Origin: a virus
IMG/VR virus record: IMGVR_UViG_3300026512_000003
Span: 1-64,000 of that record
Reading direction: 5' to 3' (one strand)
DNA length: 64,000 nt
In this document: in pieces, positions 51,027 to 59,859 of the stretch
Layout: every line of letters begins with the position of its first letter
Numbering within the stretch: position 1 is the first letter of the stretch
Program-made: the position numbers and the translations under genes
The notes under the pieces: generated by a model
What the model saw: the letters and a program-made list of their open reading frames with translations, nothing else
Told to the model about the DNA's origin: nothing
The model's database searches: none

Positions 51027-52206
51027 TATAACACCAAAAGGAGTTGATTTTTTTGATAGAACTCTTGTGGCAAATATTTCAAATGAAATAGTTAAGCCTG
51101 AGGATAATATATGGGAATCACAACATGATTTTGCGATCTACACACAGAACCATATAATTTTCATATCCTTGGGAGAGGATACTCTCTATAGTATTGCTTT
51201 TGTGCAAGAAAAAGTAGTTTATGGACCTTATACTAGTATTGAAGAAATGTGTTCTCTGCATTTATTCGGAATATATGATGGGTTAATCACATTTATGAAA
51301 AAAAGTATTCTTTTTTCAGATAATAGTAGTTATCTTAAGATTGATAATTTTGAATATTTTGGGCACACAACACATTGTACAGGAAGCCCAAGTGGAATAG
51401 CAAGAAAAATAGCTTACAATATAAGAAAATTATATGATTCGTTTGAATATGAATTTTCACCAAAAACAATGATTTCTGATTCTACAGTTATAACATTTCT
51501 TAACAAGCTACATAATATGTTTTCAGGTTCTAATTTTCCTGAAAGTATTAAAAAAAATAGGTTTGAAAGTATTGTTAAAGTTTATAAAAATAGTGTTAAA
51601 TCTCTAAATAGGGATAATAAAGTCGCTATTATTATGAATACTGGAAAATCGAGACATGCTGTAGTTACAGTTCCTGATGTAATTTATCAAGGACAATATA
51701 TATTCTCAAGCAATTCTGACGAAGGGCTTGATCTTATTGAAAAACTTGTTACTAATGCTGAAACTGTAACTATTAGTAATGCGGTAGAGGTAGAACAGCT
51801 TGAAATTGATTTTGGAATAAAAGAAAAAGTTAATACAGTTCAGCTTATAGCACAAAAAATGTTTAACAATTTGATTGCAGTAGTAGCCTTTGAGAAGGAG
51901 TTGTGTTTTATAATTGAAGATAACAATGCTTTGTTTTGTATACGCAGAACGCTCCCCTCAAATGAATTTGTGGTTGAACCATTTGCTAATTTTACTATGA
52001 ATGGATTGAATGTTACAAACTCAGGTATAAAATTAATGATAAACTCTTCAGAAGAACCTCTTTTGGGAAATGTTACCATAAAAATACAAGAAAAAACATA
52101 TCAGATAGACACATTTTTAAACAGATGTTTTACTGAAGACAATAATATATATTGTCTGGAATTCTTAGAAGATTCCACTAAGTACAATCTAATAGGAGAA
52201 CTTTAA
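51016..52206 (+). CDS. Hypothetical protein (396 aa)
   Basis: AAGGA RBS; overlap with the upstream gene. Confidence 0.75.
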   Translation: MKISITPKGVDFFDRTLVANISNEIVKPEDNIWESQHDFAIYTQNHIIFISLGEDTLYSIAFVQEKVVYGPYTSIEEMCSLHLFGIYDGLITFMKKSILFSDNSSYLKIDNFEYFGHTTHCTGSPSGIARKIAYNIRKLYDSFEYEFSPKTMISDSTVITFLNKLHNMFSGSNFPESIKKNRFESIVKVYKNSVKSLNRDNKVAIIMNTGKSRHAVVTVPDVIYQGQYIFSSNSDEGLDLIEKLVTNAETVTISNAVEVEQLEIDFGIKEKVNTVQLIAQKMFNNLIAVVAFEKELCFIIEDNNALFCIRRTLPSNEFVVEPFANFTMNGLNVTNSGIKLMINSSEEPLLGNVTIKIQEKTYQIDTFLNRCFTEDNNIYCLEFLEDSTKYNLIGEL

Positions 52207-52443
52207 ATGTATATAAATGAAGCAAGTGGAGAATTGATTGACAATTCAAACAGAGTTCCAGAAGGTTCCATCCATAGGGAGATTACAGAAACTTTTAAAA
52301 AAGGGGATGCTTTGAAAAAAGTTTCTCTTTCGGACGAAACAAAAATTACTATTGTCTCTAGTTTTCCTAAAAAAAACTTTCCATTGACCGAGAAAGATAA
52401 CACCTTGATTAAGCAAAAATACGGTACAATTTCTCAAAAATAA
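52207..52443 (+). CDS. Hypothetical protein (78 aa)
   Basis: AGGAG RBS. Confidence 0.6.
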   Translation: MYINEASGELIDNSNRVPEGSIHREITETFKKGDALKKVSLSDETKITIVSSFPKKNFPLTEKDNTLIKQKYGTISQK

Positions 52444-52458
52444 TAACAAGGAGTCTCT

Positions 52459-53688
52459 ATGTTCTTAGAGCAAGTGTTTTACACATTTTCACCATATGTT
52501 TTCTCTGGAAAAAGAATATATAATTTTTGTTTTGGCTCTACAGAACCTGTAGCTTATCTAAATCTATATGTCATCTTTGATAGAAACACTTATACTATAT
52601 ATGGGCAACCATCTTTAAATAATATCAGTAATACTGATATCGTAAGCCTGTCTAAACCGCTTGCATCAAATATAGAAATTGGCAATACAGTACAAATAAC
52701 CGTCAGTAATGATAATATTAAGGGGATGAGTAGTTTTATCAATGTTTCATTAAAGATAACAGATAAGCCTGTTGTAGAGTTATCCTCGAATGATTCGTTC
52801 GATGCTATCAAATATTTAGAAGAAGCAGTAGATCCTTTAATACAAGAAGCGAAGTTGTTTACCTTAAGAAATATAGCACTTGTAGAAATTCTTTCTAAAC
52901 TAAACCTTCTTAAGAAAACGAATAGTGCGCTCGATGAAAAAAAGGCTACTTTAGCTCTAGTGCAAGATTTCTTTTCTCAAAAAAGTCTTTTAGCATCTTA
53001 TGCAAAAATAGATAGTTCATTACTTCAAGATTTTTTTACTAGAAACAGACTTCAAGCAAAAGAAGGAAATGTGTGCCAATTTTTTGCAGACATAGTAGTT
53101 CTAAGTGAACATTTGTTTAATTCTGATATAGTTTTGGAAAAAATCCCATATCAAGTGAGTGACACTATCATGTTGAAGTGGTTAAAGACAAAAGACGATA
53201 GTTATATTACGAGACTGAAAGTTTGTTCAGAAAATGTTGAAATAACAAAACAAATAGAACTCAATTTAGCAACATGTGAAACTAAAGAAAAAGTCAAAGA
53301 GATAATAAGGATTCTTTCAAGCTTCACATATGTGTCAGAAATAACTCTTACAAATAGTGAAGGAGAGACCAAACATATATCAATTGAAAAAATATATACA
53401 CCATCTTGTTTTCAATTTGATTCAAGTAGCTGTTCCCAAAATAAAGGATTGCATGGGACAGAAGGTGAGAATGTTATTTTTTCTGTTTCATATGGAACAG
53501 CTTGCGATTATTTTGTAGGAGTAATGGTAGTACATAACAATTCTGAATATGGTATTGAACGGAAGGTCGTTTACGGCGAAACTCCTATAAAAACATGGGC
53601 TACATACTGGGGTGACGCAGAAGTAGCGTTTAACTCAGGAACAGTAAACACAGACTATAAGCTAACAGTTGATATAAAAGGAGTATAA
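52459..53688 (+). CDS. Hypothetical protein (409 aa)
   Basis: AAGGAG RBS. Confidence 0.75.
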   Translation: MFLEQVFYTFSPYVFSGKRIYNFCFGSTEPVAYLNLYVIFDRNTYTIYGQPSLNNISNTDIVSLSKPLASNIEIGNTVQITVSNDNIKGMSSFINVSLKITDKPVVELSSNDSFDAIKYLEEAVDPLIQEAKLFTLRNIALVEILSKLNLLKKTNSALDEKKATLALVQDFFSQKSLLASYAKIDSSLLQDFFTRNRLQAKEGNVCQFFADIVVLSEHLFNSDIVLEKIPYQVSDTIMLKWLKTKDDSYITRLKVCSENVEITKQIELNLATCETKEKVKEIIRILSSFTYVSEITLTNSEGETKHISIEKIYTPSCFQFDSSSCSQNKGLHGTEGENVIFSVSYGTACDYFVGVMVVHNNSEYGIERKVVYGETPIKTWATYWGDAEVAFNSGTVNTDYKLTVDIKGV

Positions 53689-53689
53689 C

Positions 53690-54385
53690 ATGCGAAATAT
53701 TCTTCCCGATTTAGCTGTAAGCTTAAGAAACAGGGTAATGTCTGTTGGAAATGAACATTTAAAAGAACTATTACTTTCCGAAGAAAATCTACCATGCATA
53801 TTGGCTTATTATGGAGCATTTTCCATTTTAGGCGAAGATATGTTAGCTTATGAAAGTGAATCAATTCAGTATATTCTTCTAAGTAACAGAATATCTGTTA
53901 AAAACATTAATAAAATTGTTCAACTAAATATACTTTTATCCGATACAGATTATATTTTGAGTACAGCCGATGGCTTCAGAACCTTTGTTGAATTAGTTAA
54001 CGATGATGAAGTAAAATCAGGAACACTTTCATATGAAGAGCCTGAAAAGATTGCGTTTGCTATACTTGTGGCAATAGCTATTCTTAACTCAATAAATATC
54101 CCAATAGTATCAGATGCTGTTAAATACAGTGTTGCGTGTTTAAAAGAAGATGGTTGGGAAATGCCACCTCTATTTTTTAATAGTGACAAATTTTTTCCAT
54201 TTTTTGACAATTTTGATAAGCATTTATATGAACAAGTTTCATTTAGTAGCAAAACATTTGCGATTCATTGTAGTAAAGATGCAAAAATAGATGCATCTTC
54301 TGCCATAGAAAATTTTGCTGAAAGACACAAGACATTTCTTCAGTATATTGAGTATAAGATAAAGGAAATAAAGGGATATTTGTAA
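53690..54385 (+). CDS. Hypothetical helical protein immediately upstream of terminase
   Basis: AAGGAG RBS; position is compatible with TerS but no motif supports it. Confidence 0.7.
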   Translation: MRNILPDLAVSLRNRVMSVGNEHLKELLLSEENLPCILAYYGAFSILGEDMLAYESESIQYILLSNRISVKNINKIVQLNILLSDTDYILSTADGFRTFVELVNDDEVKSGTLSYEEPEKIAFAILVAIAILNSINIPIVSDAVKYSVACLKEDGWEMPPLFFNSDKFFPFFDNFDKHLYEQVSFSSKTFAIHCSKDAKIDASSAIENFAERHKTFLQYIEYKIKEIKGYL

Positions 54386-54386
54386 A

Positions 54387-55997
54387 ATGAAAACAAACCC
54401 TAGAGTTTCAAAATTTATGTTAGACTACGCTTTTATTGACGGAAGAAAGCTTGATTTTGAAAAATATGAAGCATTTAAGCTTCCTTACGAGGTTGATGAG
54501 AGGCAGGTTTTGCTTACAGCAGGAAGACAGGTTGGTAAGACAGTTTATCTAGCTGGAAAACTTGCTGTGAAATCTGTTTTAAAAAAAGGTTCGAGAGCGT
54601 TATATGTTGCACCATTGGAGTCTCAGACAAAGACCTTCTCAAAAACAAAACTTCAGAAAATAATAGATGATACAAAACAGTTAAAAGCAGCATATACTGG
54701 AAAAGGTACACAAAATGATGTGTTCTTTAAGCAAAACATTTTAGGAAGCTATATCGAGCTTACTTATGCTTCTGTCACAGGGATGGACCCTGTCAGGGTT
54801 AGGGGTAAGTCTGCAGATGATTTATTTATAGATGAAGCACAAGATATTGATTATGACATTTTGCCAGCAATACAAGAAGTTACAACATCTGCGGAAGACC
54901 CAACTGTGACATATGCCGGTACAGCAAAAAGCCTTGATAATACAACAGGAGTAATCTGGGATTTGTCTACAAAATTGGAAAGAATGGTTTATTGTAAACA
55001 TTGTGGACATTGGAATATTTTAGACAGAAGAAACATATCAAAAGAAGGTCTTGTCTGCAATAGAATGAAATGTCGAAGACCTATTTCTGTTAGGGATGCA
55101 AAATGGATGATTACGGGTGATAAGCACGCTACATATCAAGCTTTCAGAATACCTCAAATTTGTCTTCCAATGCATACTGAATCGAAAAGTCATTGGAATT
55201 CTGTATGGAACAAATATGTAGATTATCCTCCAGAGATTTTTAATCAAGAAATACTGGGAATTCCAAGTGGAGCAGGAGATAGACTCTTAAATCTTGAAAA
55301 ACTAAAAGCTCTTTGCACAGGTGGAAGAATGACAGTGTATCCAGATGAAGGTTTTTTCCAAAAATATCATGGTCTTTTCATGGGGATAGACTGGACAGGT
55401 GACGGAGTTCTTCTTAAATCAAGAACTGTTGCTACTGTGATTGGCCATAGAAAAGATGGAAAGCTTGAATTGGTATGGGGGAAAATCTTTCCACCAGGAA
55501 GCGTTAATGAGCAGCCTAAAGAGCTTATTAAAATTGCTAACCTTTTTAGATGCTCTGTTGTAGGAGCCGATGCTGGTATGGGTATGATGCAAAATGGGGA
55601 AATAACTCAAGCATTAGGAATAAGTAGGTTTAGAGCTATACAATATATTGCGGGGAATACTCCTTTTACTTTTGACTTTGAAAACAATACTATTAAATTG
55701 AACAAAACCCAAGCAATTGATACAGTTATGATGTTGTTCTTAAAAAAGTTTAAACCTAAAAATTTTGGGGGATCTGCAAGAAATTACTCTGGTCATGGGG
55801 TATTAGAGATTGTATTTCCAGAATATGATGATATGAGACTTTTTATACAAGATATCTTAGCTGAATTTGAACAGGAAACTGCAAAACACACTAAAATATG
55901 GACTCATAGCAACATGAAGCCCGACGATACTCTTCATGCAATAGTTTTTGGTTTTTATGCATATATGCATCATCGTAATACTGTGAGCTTTTACTAG
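54387..55997 (+). CDS. terL: Terminase large subunit
   Basis: Walker A GRQVGKT, Walker B LFIDEAQD, motif III AGTA, Zn ribbon CKHC..CNRMKC, RNase H-like MGIDW...PDDTLHA. Confidence 0.92.
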   Translation: MKTNPRVSKFMLDYAFIDGRKLDFEKYEAFKLPYEVDERQVLLTAGRQVGKTVYLAGKLAVKSVLKKGSRALYVAPLESQTKTFSKTKLQKIIDDTKQLKAAYTGKGTQNDVFFKQNILGSYIELTYASVTGMDPVRVRGKSADDLFIDEAQDIDYDILPAIQEVTTSAEDPTVTYAGTAKSLDNTTGVIWDLSTKLERMVYCKHCGHWNILDRRNISKEGLVCNRMKCRRPISVRDAKWMITGDKHATYQAFRIPQICLPMHTESKSHWNSVWNKYVDYPPEIFNQEILGIPSGAGDRLLNLEKLKALCTGGRMTVYPDEGFFQKYHGLFMGIDWTGDGVLLKSRTVATVIGHRKDGKLELVWGKIFPPGSVNEQPKELIKIANLFRCSVVGADAGMGMMQNGEITQALGISRFRAIQYIAGNTPFTFDFENNTIKLNKTQAIDTVMMLFLKKFKPKNFGGSARNYSGHGVLEIVFPEYDDMRLFIQDILAEFEQETAKHTKIWTHSNMKPDDTLHAIVFGFYAYMHHRNTVSFY

Positions 55998-56040
55998 GAA
56001 GGCAAAAACAGGGTTTTTTATTGCTTTTGAGGATTTTTTA

Positions 56041-56049
56041 TGATACTAT
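56041..56049 (+). promoter_or_regulatory. Extended -10 promoter-like (TGATACTAT) of the capsid operon
   Basis: Three T-tracts at about 10-bp spacing upstream; 32 nt before ATG 56082. Confidence 0.55.
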
Positions 56050-56081
56050 TTGAATTGATAATAATCTAGACAGGAGAGAAG

Positions 56082-56384
56082 ATGACTAGTAGACAAGAGG
56101 TAGCATTATCGTTAAGACAAGCTGCAGCACAAATCAAAGATCTTTCACAAGTGAATGTAGAATTGGAAGCTAAAAATAAAGAGTTATTGATAAAAGTAGC
56201 TTCGATGGAAAATAAAGAAGATCAACCTGCATTGCAGAAAGAAGCAGGTAGTTTTTCATTCAATGAAAGATCTGGATTTGGTCAAGTTGATGAAGGGCTC
56301 CCCGTGATAGGGACAAACTTAACAGCTGAACAGCGATTAGAAATGATCTTGAATGGCGAAAGTCCTTCTGACTATTTAGATTAA
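56082..56384 (+). CDS. Scaffold-like coiled-coil protein
   Basis: Upstream of capsid genes; LIKVAS and LQKEAG motifs. Confidence 0.55.
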   Translation: MTSRQEVALSLRQAAAQIKDLSQVNVELEAKNKELLIKVASMENKEDQPALQKEAGSFSFNERSGFGQVDEGLPVIGTNLTAEQRLEMILNGESPSDYLD

Positions 56385-56404
56385 TATAAAAATAAGGAGA
56401 ACCT

Positions 56405-56836
56405 ATGGGTTACGCAACAGATAAAGTATTTGGTAGAAGAGAAACGGTACATATTGTATCTCCAGATTTCTTAGCATTACCAAAAATGGAAATAGATTTA
56501 GGAGCAGACACAGTTATTAAAGCTGGTCAATTTGTAGGGGTTGATGGAAAGTTAGCTACATTAACTGACACAGCCAAAGCAGTGTATTTAGTAACAGAAG
56601 GATCTCACTACGAAGATATGCTTAAAAGACCTAAGCCTTCAAAAGTTATAGAAGGATTTTTTGGTGAAATGCTTGTTCATACAAAAGTATTTAACGAAGC
56701 TGGGACAGTTTTTGCAATAGGTGACAAAATTTCAGTAGCAGAGGGAGTAATTGTGCATAAAAATGACACAAACACCATAGCTATTGGCGAAGTAGTTAAA
56801 AGAGGCGATGATTGGATCGCGGTAGTTTTAGGTTAG
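56405..56836 (+). CDS. Capsid decoration/cement-like protein
   Basis: Directly upstream of the MCP; beta-rich IKAGQFV...FAIGDKISVAEG...AIGEV, beta-tulip-like. Confidence 0.55.
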   Translation: MGYATDKVFGRRETVHIVSPDFLALPKMEIDLGADTVIKAGQFVGVDGKLATLTDTAKAVYLVTEGSHYEDMLKRPKPSKVIEGFFGEMLVHTKVFNEAGTVFAIGDKISVAEGVIVHKNDTNTIAIGEVVKRGDDWIAVVLG

Positions 56837-56848
56837 TAAGGAGTAAAT

Positions 56849-57826
56849 ATGCAACCAGCAGTATCAACAACAGTTAGTTCAAACCAATTTGTTTCAAGAT
56901 TATTCGATGACGAAGGTTTTGTAAAAGAAGCAGCAGATGCTCTATCACTTTTTATCCAAGATAAAATTCGTGAAAAAGGATTTGCTCGTAAAATAGTTAA
57001 ACCTACTCCTGTTTCAGCAAAAGATTTAGTGCCTACAGAGCATACTGATCAACCTGCAATCATGGTAGAAAGAGATGTGGATGCTCGTGCAATGACAGTT
57101 CCTCTTCGTGGTCGTGGTGAATTCAGATATCATGAAACAGACAGATATATGGTTTATTTTGAAAAAGTTGTTTCTGAAAAAATTAGAAAATCAAAAATGG
57201 AAATGATGACAGTTAAAACTGATTATAAAAAACTTTTCCAAGATAGAATTTCTGAAGCAATGTACGAAGTAGAAGACTTAACAGTTATGGGTGGTGTAAA
57301 AAGTGCTCTTGCTAATGAGGAAGCTGCATATAAAGAAGCAAATGGTGGTGATTTAGCTTCTCAAGGAAATAAAACTTTCTCAGCTCAGACAGTTTACTTT
57401 GGAGAAGGTGAAACATTAGACAAATCGAATCTAGTATTCCTATTCCAACTTCCAACAAGAAATAGAATTAGTAATAAAACAGTTCTATTAACAGAAACAC
57501 TTCTACAAGAGTTAATGCATATGACTATGCAAGAAGTCGGTGATAGTGTTGTTTCTAAATTCTGGCAAGATGGTGTTGATAATATTTCAGAGTTCTGGAA
57601 TAAACAAGTAGTAACAACAATTAAATCACACATCATTAAAAATAATGAAATCTACACATTTGCTTCTCCAGAGATGTATGGACATTTCTTTATCTTACAA
57701 GACCACACTTCGTATTTCGAAATTGATCGAGACATGATGACTATGGATAGTGAAGCATATATTGCTCATGCAATTGGAAACACTAAAGGTGTTTACAAAG
57801 GTGTGTTTACAGATATCGCTGAATAG
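56849..57826 (+). CDS. Major capsid protein (HK97 fold, predicted)
   Basis: 325 aa; strong AAGGAG RBS and biased codons; IREKGFARKI, long helix ending YEVED, C-terminal HAIGNTKGV; followed by a terminator. Confidence 0.75.
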   Translation: MQPAVSTTVSSNQFVSRLFDDEGFVKEAADALSLFIQDKIREKGFARKIVKPTPVSAKDLVPTEHTDQPAIMVERDVDARAMTVPLRGRGEFRYHETDRYMVYFEKVVSEKIRKSKMEMMTVKTDYKKLFQDRISEAMYEVEDLTVMGGVKSALANEEAAYKEANGGDLASQGNKTFSAQTVYFGEGETLDKSNLVFLFQLPTRNRISNKTVLLTETLLQELMHMTMQEVGDSVVSKFWQDGVDNISEFWNKQVVTTIKSHIIKNNEIYTFASPEMYGHFFILQDHTSYFEIDRDMMTMDSEAYIAHAIGNTKGVYKGVFTDIAE

Positions 57827-57839
57827 TAGGAGGTAACAC

Positions 57840-58112
57840 ATGCTGCCTTTTTTCAACATTGAGAATCGTACGAAGCAGAACATAGCAATCGGCACCGTGA
57901 TCATTCACGGTGGTGAAATAAAGTCTATTAGTAGCAGCTTATATTACAGAAAACATTCTTATGTGGAAAGAATGATAAAAGAAGGAAGACTTGCATTGGC
58001 TGGTCAATCTGAAAAGAAAGAGCCTTTGGAGCCAAAGACAAAAGGTTTTGCTCCCGTTCAACCCACAATAAAAGGGTATGTTTTAGTAGAAAAGCTAAAC
58101 AAAGACTCATAA
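57840..58112 (+). CDS. Small capsid-associated hypothetical protein
   Basis: AGGAGG RBS after the MCP. Confidence 0.65.
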   Translation: MLPFFNIENRTKQNIAIGTVIIHGGEIKSISSSLYYRKHSYVERMIKEGRLALAGQSEKKEPLEPKTKGFAPVQPTIKGYVLVEKLNKDS

Positions 58113-58114
58113 AA

Positions 58115-58146
58115 GAAAAAAAGGGGTAAGTATTCCCCTTCTTTTC
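58115..58146 (+). terminator. Rho-independent terminator (possibly bidirectional)
   Basis: A-run, AAGGGG-N8-CCCCTT, CTTTT. Confidence 0.7.
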
Positions 58147-58184
58147 ACAGTATTAAGTAAAAATTTTTTTTAAGGATGTTTAAA

Positions 58185-58292
58185 ATGCCAGAAGAACTCG
58201 CCATAGTTATCAAAGAAGAAGTAAAAAAACAAGTGCTAATGTTTCTGTTGACTCATTATTTAAAAAGACTTGCGGAGGGCCAGAGATGTTAA
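58185..58292 (+). CDS. Possible 35-aa peptide
   Basis: AAGGA RBS; MPEELAIVIKEEVKKQVLMFLLTHYLKRLAEGQRC*, overlapping the next start. Confidence 0.35.
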   Translation: MPEELAIVIKEEVKKQVLMFLLTHYLKRLAEGQRC

Positions 58293-59260
58293 TAGATATT
58301 GTAAATGATTTAGGGCAAAAAGTTTTAATGGAAAAAGTTGCTAGTTCTGAAGATGTAAAAGGAAGATTGGCTCGTATTTCTAATTTAACTATTCCAGAGC
58401 GAGATTCTTTAACTAAAGAGGCTTTTGCGTGGCCAGAGGAAAAGCTGTTTCCTATTCATACACCTGAACAAGCATTAGTAAGTAGTGCTTACCTATCTTC
58501 TAATCCTGATGTGCCAAGCTTCGTTAAAACAGCTTGTGAAGAAGCGTGCCAACTATGGGGATATGATGTAACAATAGAACCTTTTATAAAAGAAGCTGCT
58601 GCAAAAGAAGTTCCTGAAGATATTTTTCTGCTTCCAATACAAAGAAAATTGCCTGTGGTAGACAGAGAAAGTTTTATTCGCTCAAAAGGTATTCTAGAGA
58701 AACATGCAAGCGACCTAAGTATAGGTGATACTGTTCTTGCATATAGACAACTTACAAAAAGAGCTTCTGCATTAGGAGAGACTGTCAATGAAAAAGAATC
58801 CATTTTAGGTCTTTATGGTGGAATAAAAAAAGACAGTGCTTGTGAGCAACTTAGGCTAAGGTCTTTAGAAACTGGTGATGAGAGATATGAAAAAATTGCA
58901 AGCAGTATTCAGTTAAACTTACTTACGAACCCTACTGATATTTCAAATTTTATTTTTGATGTTTCTGAAATAGATGAAGATAATAATTTCGTAAAAACTG
59001 CGTCAGAAACAATTCTTGATTTTATTGATCCAACTATACCACAAGAAGATGTATTTACTGTAGGCGATAAGTGCTTTTCTCTTGAAAAAGTTGCTAGTCT
59101 TCAGCCGAATGATTTAATAGAAATATTCAGTGAGACAGATCTTGAAAGTTTGTATCTTACTGGTAATTTGGATATAATGTCTTTACAAAAATTTGCTGAA
59201 GAGTCTCCTTCAGAAGTGCAAGAGCTTCTAGGTGATTTTATTCAAGAAAAAATACAATAG
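58286..59260 (+). CDS. KxA-repeat protein (putative prohead core/scaffold) with two DUF6582-like motifs
   Basis: Ten hydrophobic-x-K-x-A motifs; FAWPEEKLFPI and FLLPIQRKLPV. Confidence 0.6.
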   Translation: MLIDIVNDLGQKVLMEKVASSEDVKGRLARISNLTIPERDSLTKEAFAWPEEKLFPIHTPEQALVSSAYLSSNPDVPSFVKTACEEACQLWGYDVTIEPFIKEAAAKEVPEDIFLLPIQRKLPVVDRESFIRSKGILEKHASDLSIGDTVLAYRQLTKRASALGETVNEKESILGLYGGIKKDSACEQLRLRSLETGDERYEKIASSIQLNLLTNPTDISNFIFDVSEIDEDNNFVKTASETILDFIDPTIPQEDVFTVGDKCFSLEKVASLQPNDLIEIFSETDLESLYLTGNLDIMSLQKFAEESPSEVQELLGDFIQEKIQ

Positions 59261-59269
59261 GAGTTTATC

Positions 59270-59533
59270 ATGTCAGTAATGATGGATTATAGATCGGGTC
59301 AGCAACATTCAATTTCTCCATTCTATGGAGCTGGAACAGCACATATGATTGATGTCATTCATAGGAATGAAGGTAAGGTGATTAGTGCTCAAGGATTGGT
59401 GGAAGATATTTCATCAGTAGATAATGAAAACGACGGTAATAAAATAGTTAGAAGTGCATCTGTTCAAGGAATTAGTGGGTACACTAAATACCAAGGAAGT
59501 GTAGAGATGGTAGAAATACCTCTTGAAAACTAA
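59270..59533 (+). CDS. Hypothetical protein
   Basis: AGGAG RBS. Confidence 0.65.
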   Translation: MSVMMDYRSGQQHSISPFYGAGTAHMIDVIHRNEGKVISAQGLVEDISSVDNENDGNKIVRSASVQGISGYTKYQGSVEMVEIPLEN

Positions 59534-59547
59534 TAAAGGAATGAAAA

Positions 59548-59859
59548 ATGGCAACTGTACCATCAAATGAACCAGCATTAAATACAGAAGGTTTTTCATC
59601 TGTATCTGGAGCAATCACATTACAAAAACAAATTCAAGCAGTTAGAAAAGCAGATCCTATTTTTGCGATAGGCGATGAGAACCTAAAGGGTTATGTTGCT
59701 TTAAAAATGTATGATCAAACAACAGCATCTGTTATTAACTCGGAAGATCTTGACCCAACAGACTTCGACTTATTTAGAGGAGAAAGTTACGCAAGTGGCC
59801 AACCATATGTAACAAACGAGGCAACTTGGGCTAGTGGTGGAGACCTTGCAGACTTATAA
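59548..59859 (+). CDS. Hypothetical protein
   Basis: AAGGA RBS. Confidence 0.65.
   Translation: MATVPSNEPALNTEGFSSVSGAITLQKQIQAVRKADPIFAIGDENLKGYVALKMYDQTTASVINSEDLDPTDFDLFRGESYASGQPYVTNEATWASGGDLADL

Noticed and set aside
53690-54385. Terminase small subunit
   Set aside because: Only positional support; no HTH or oligomerisation pattern recognised.
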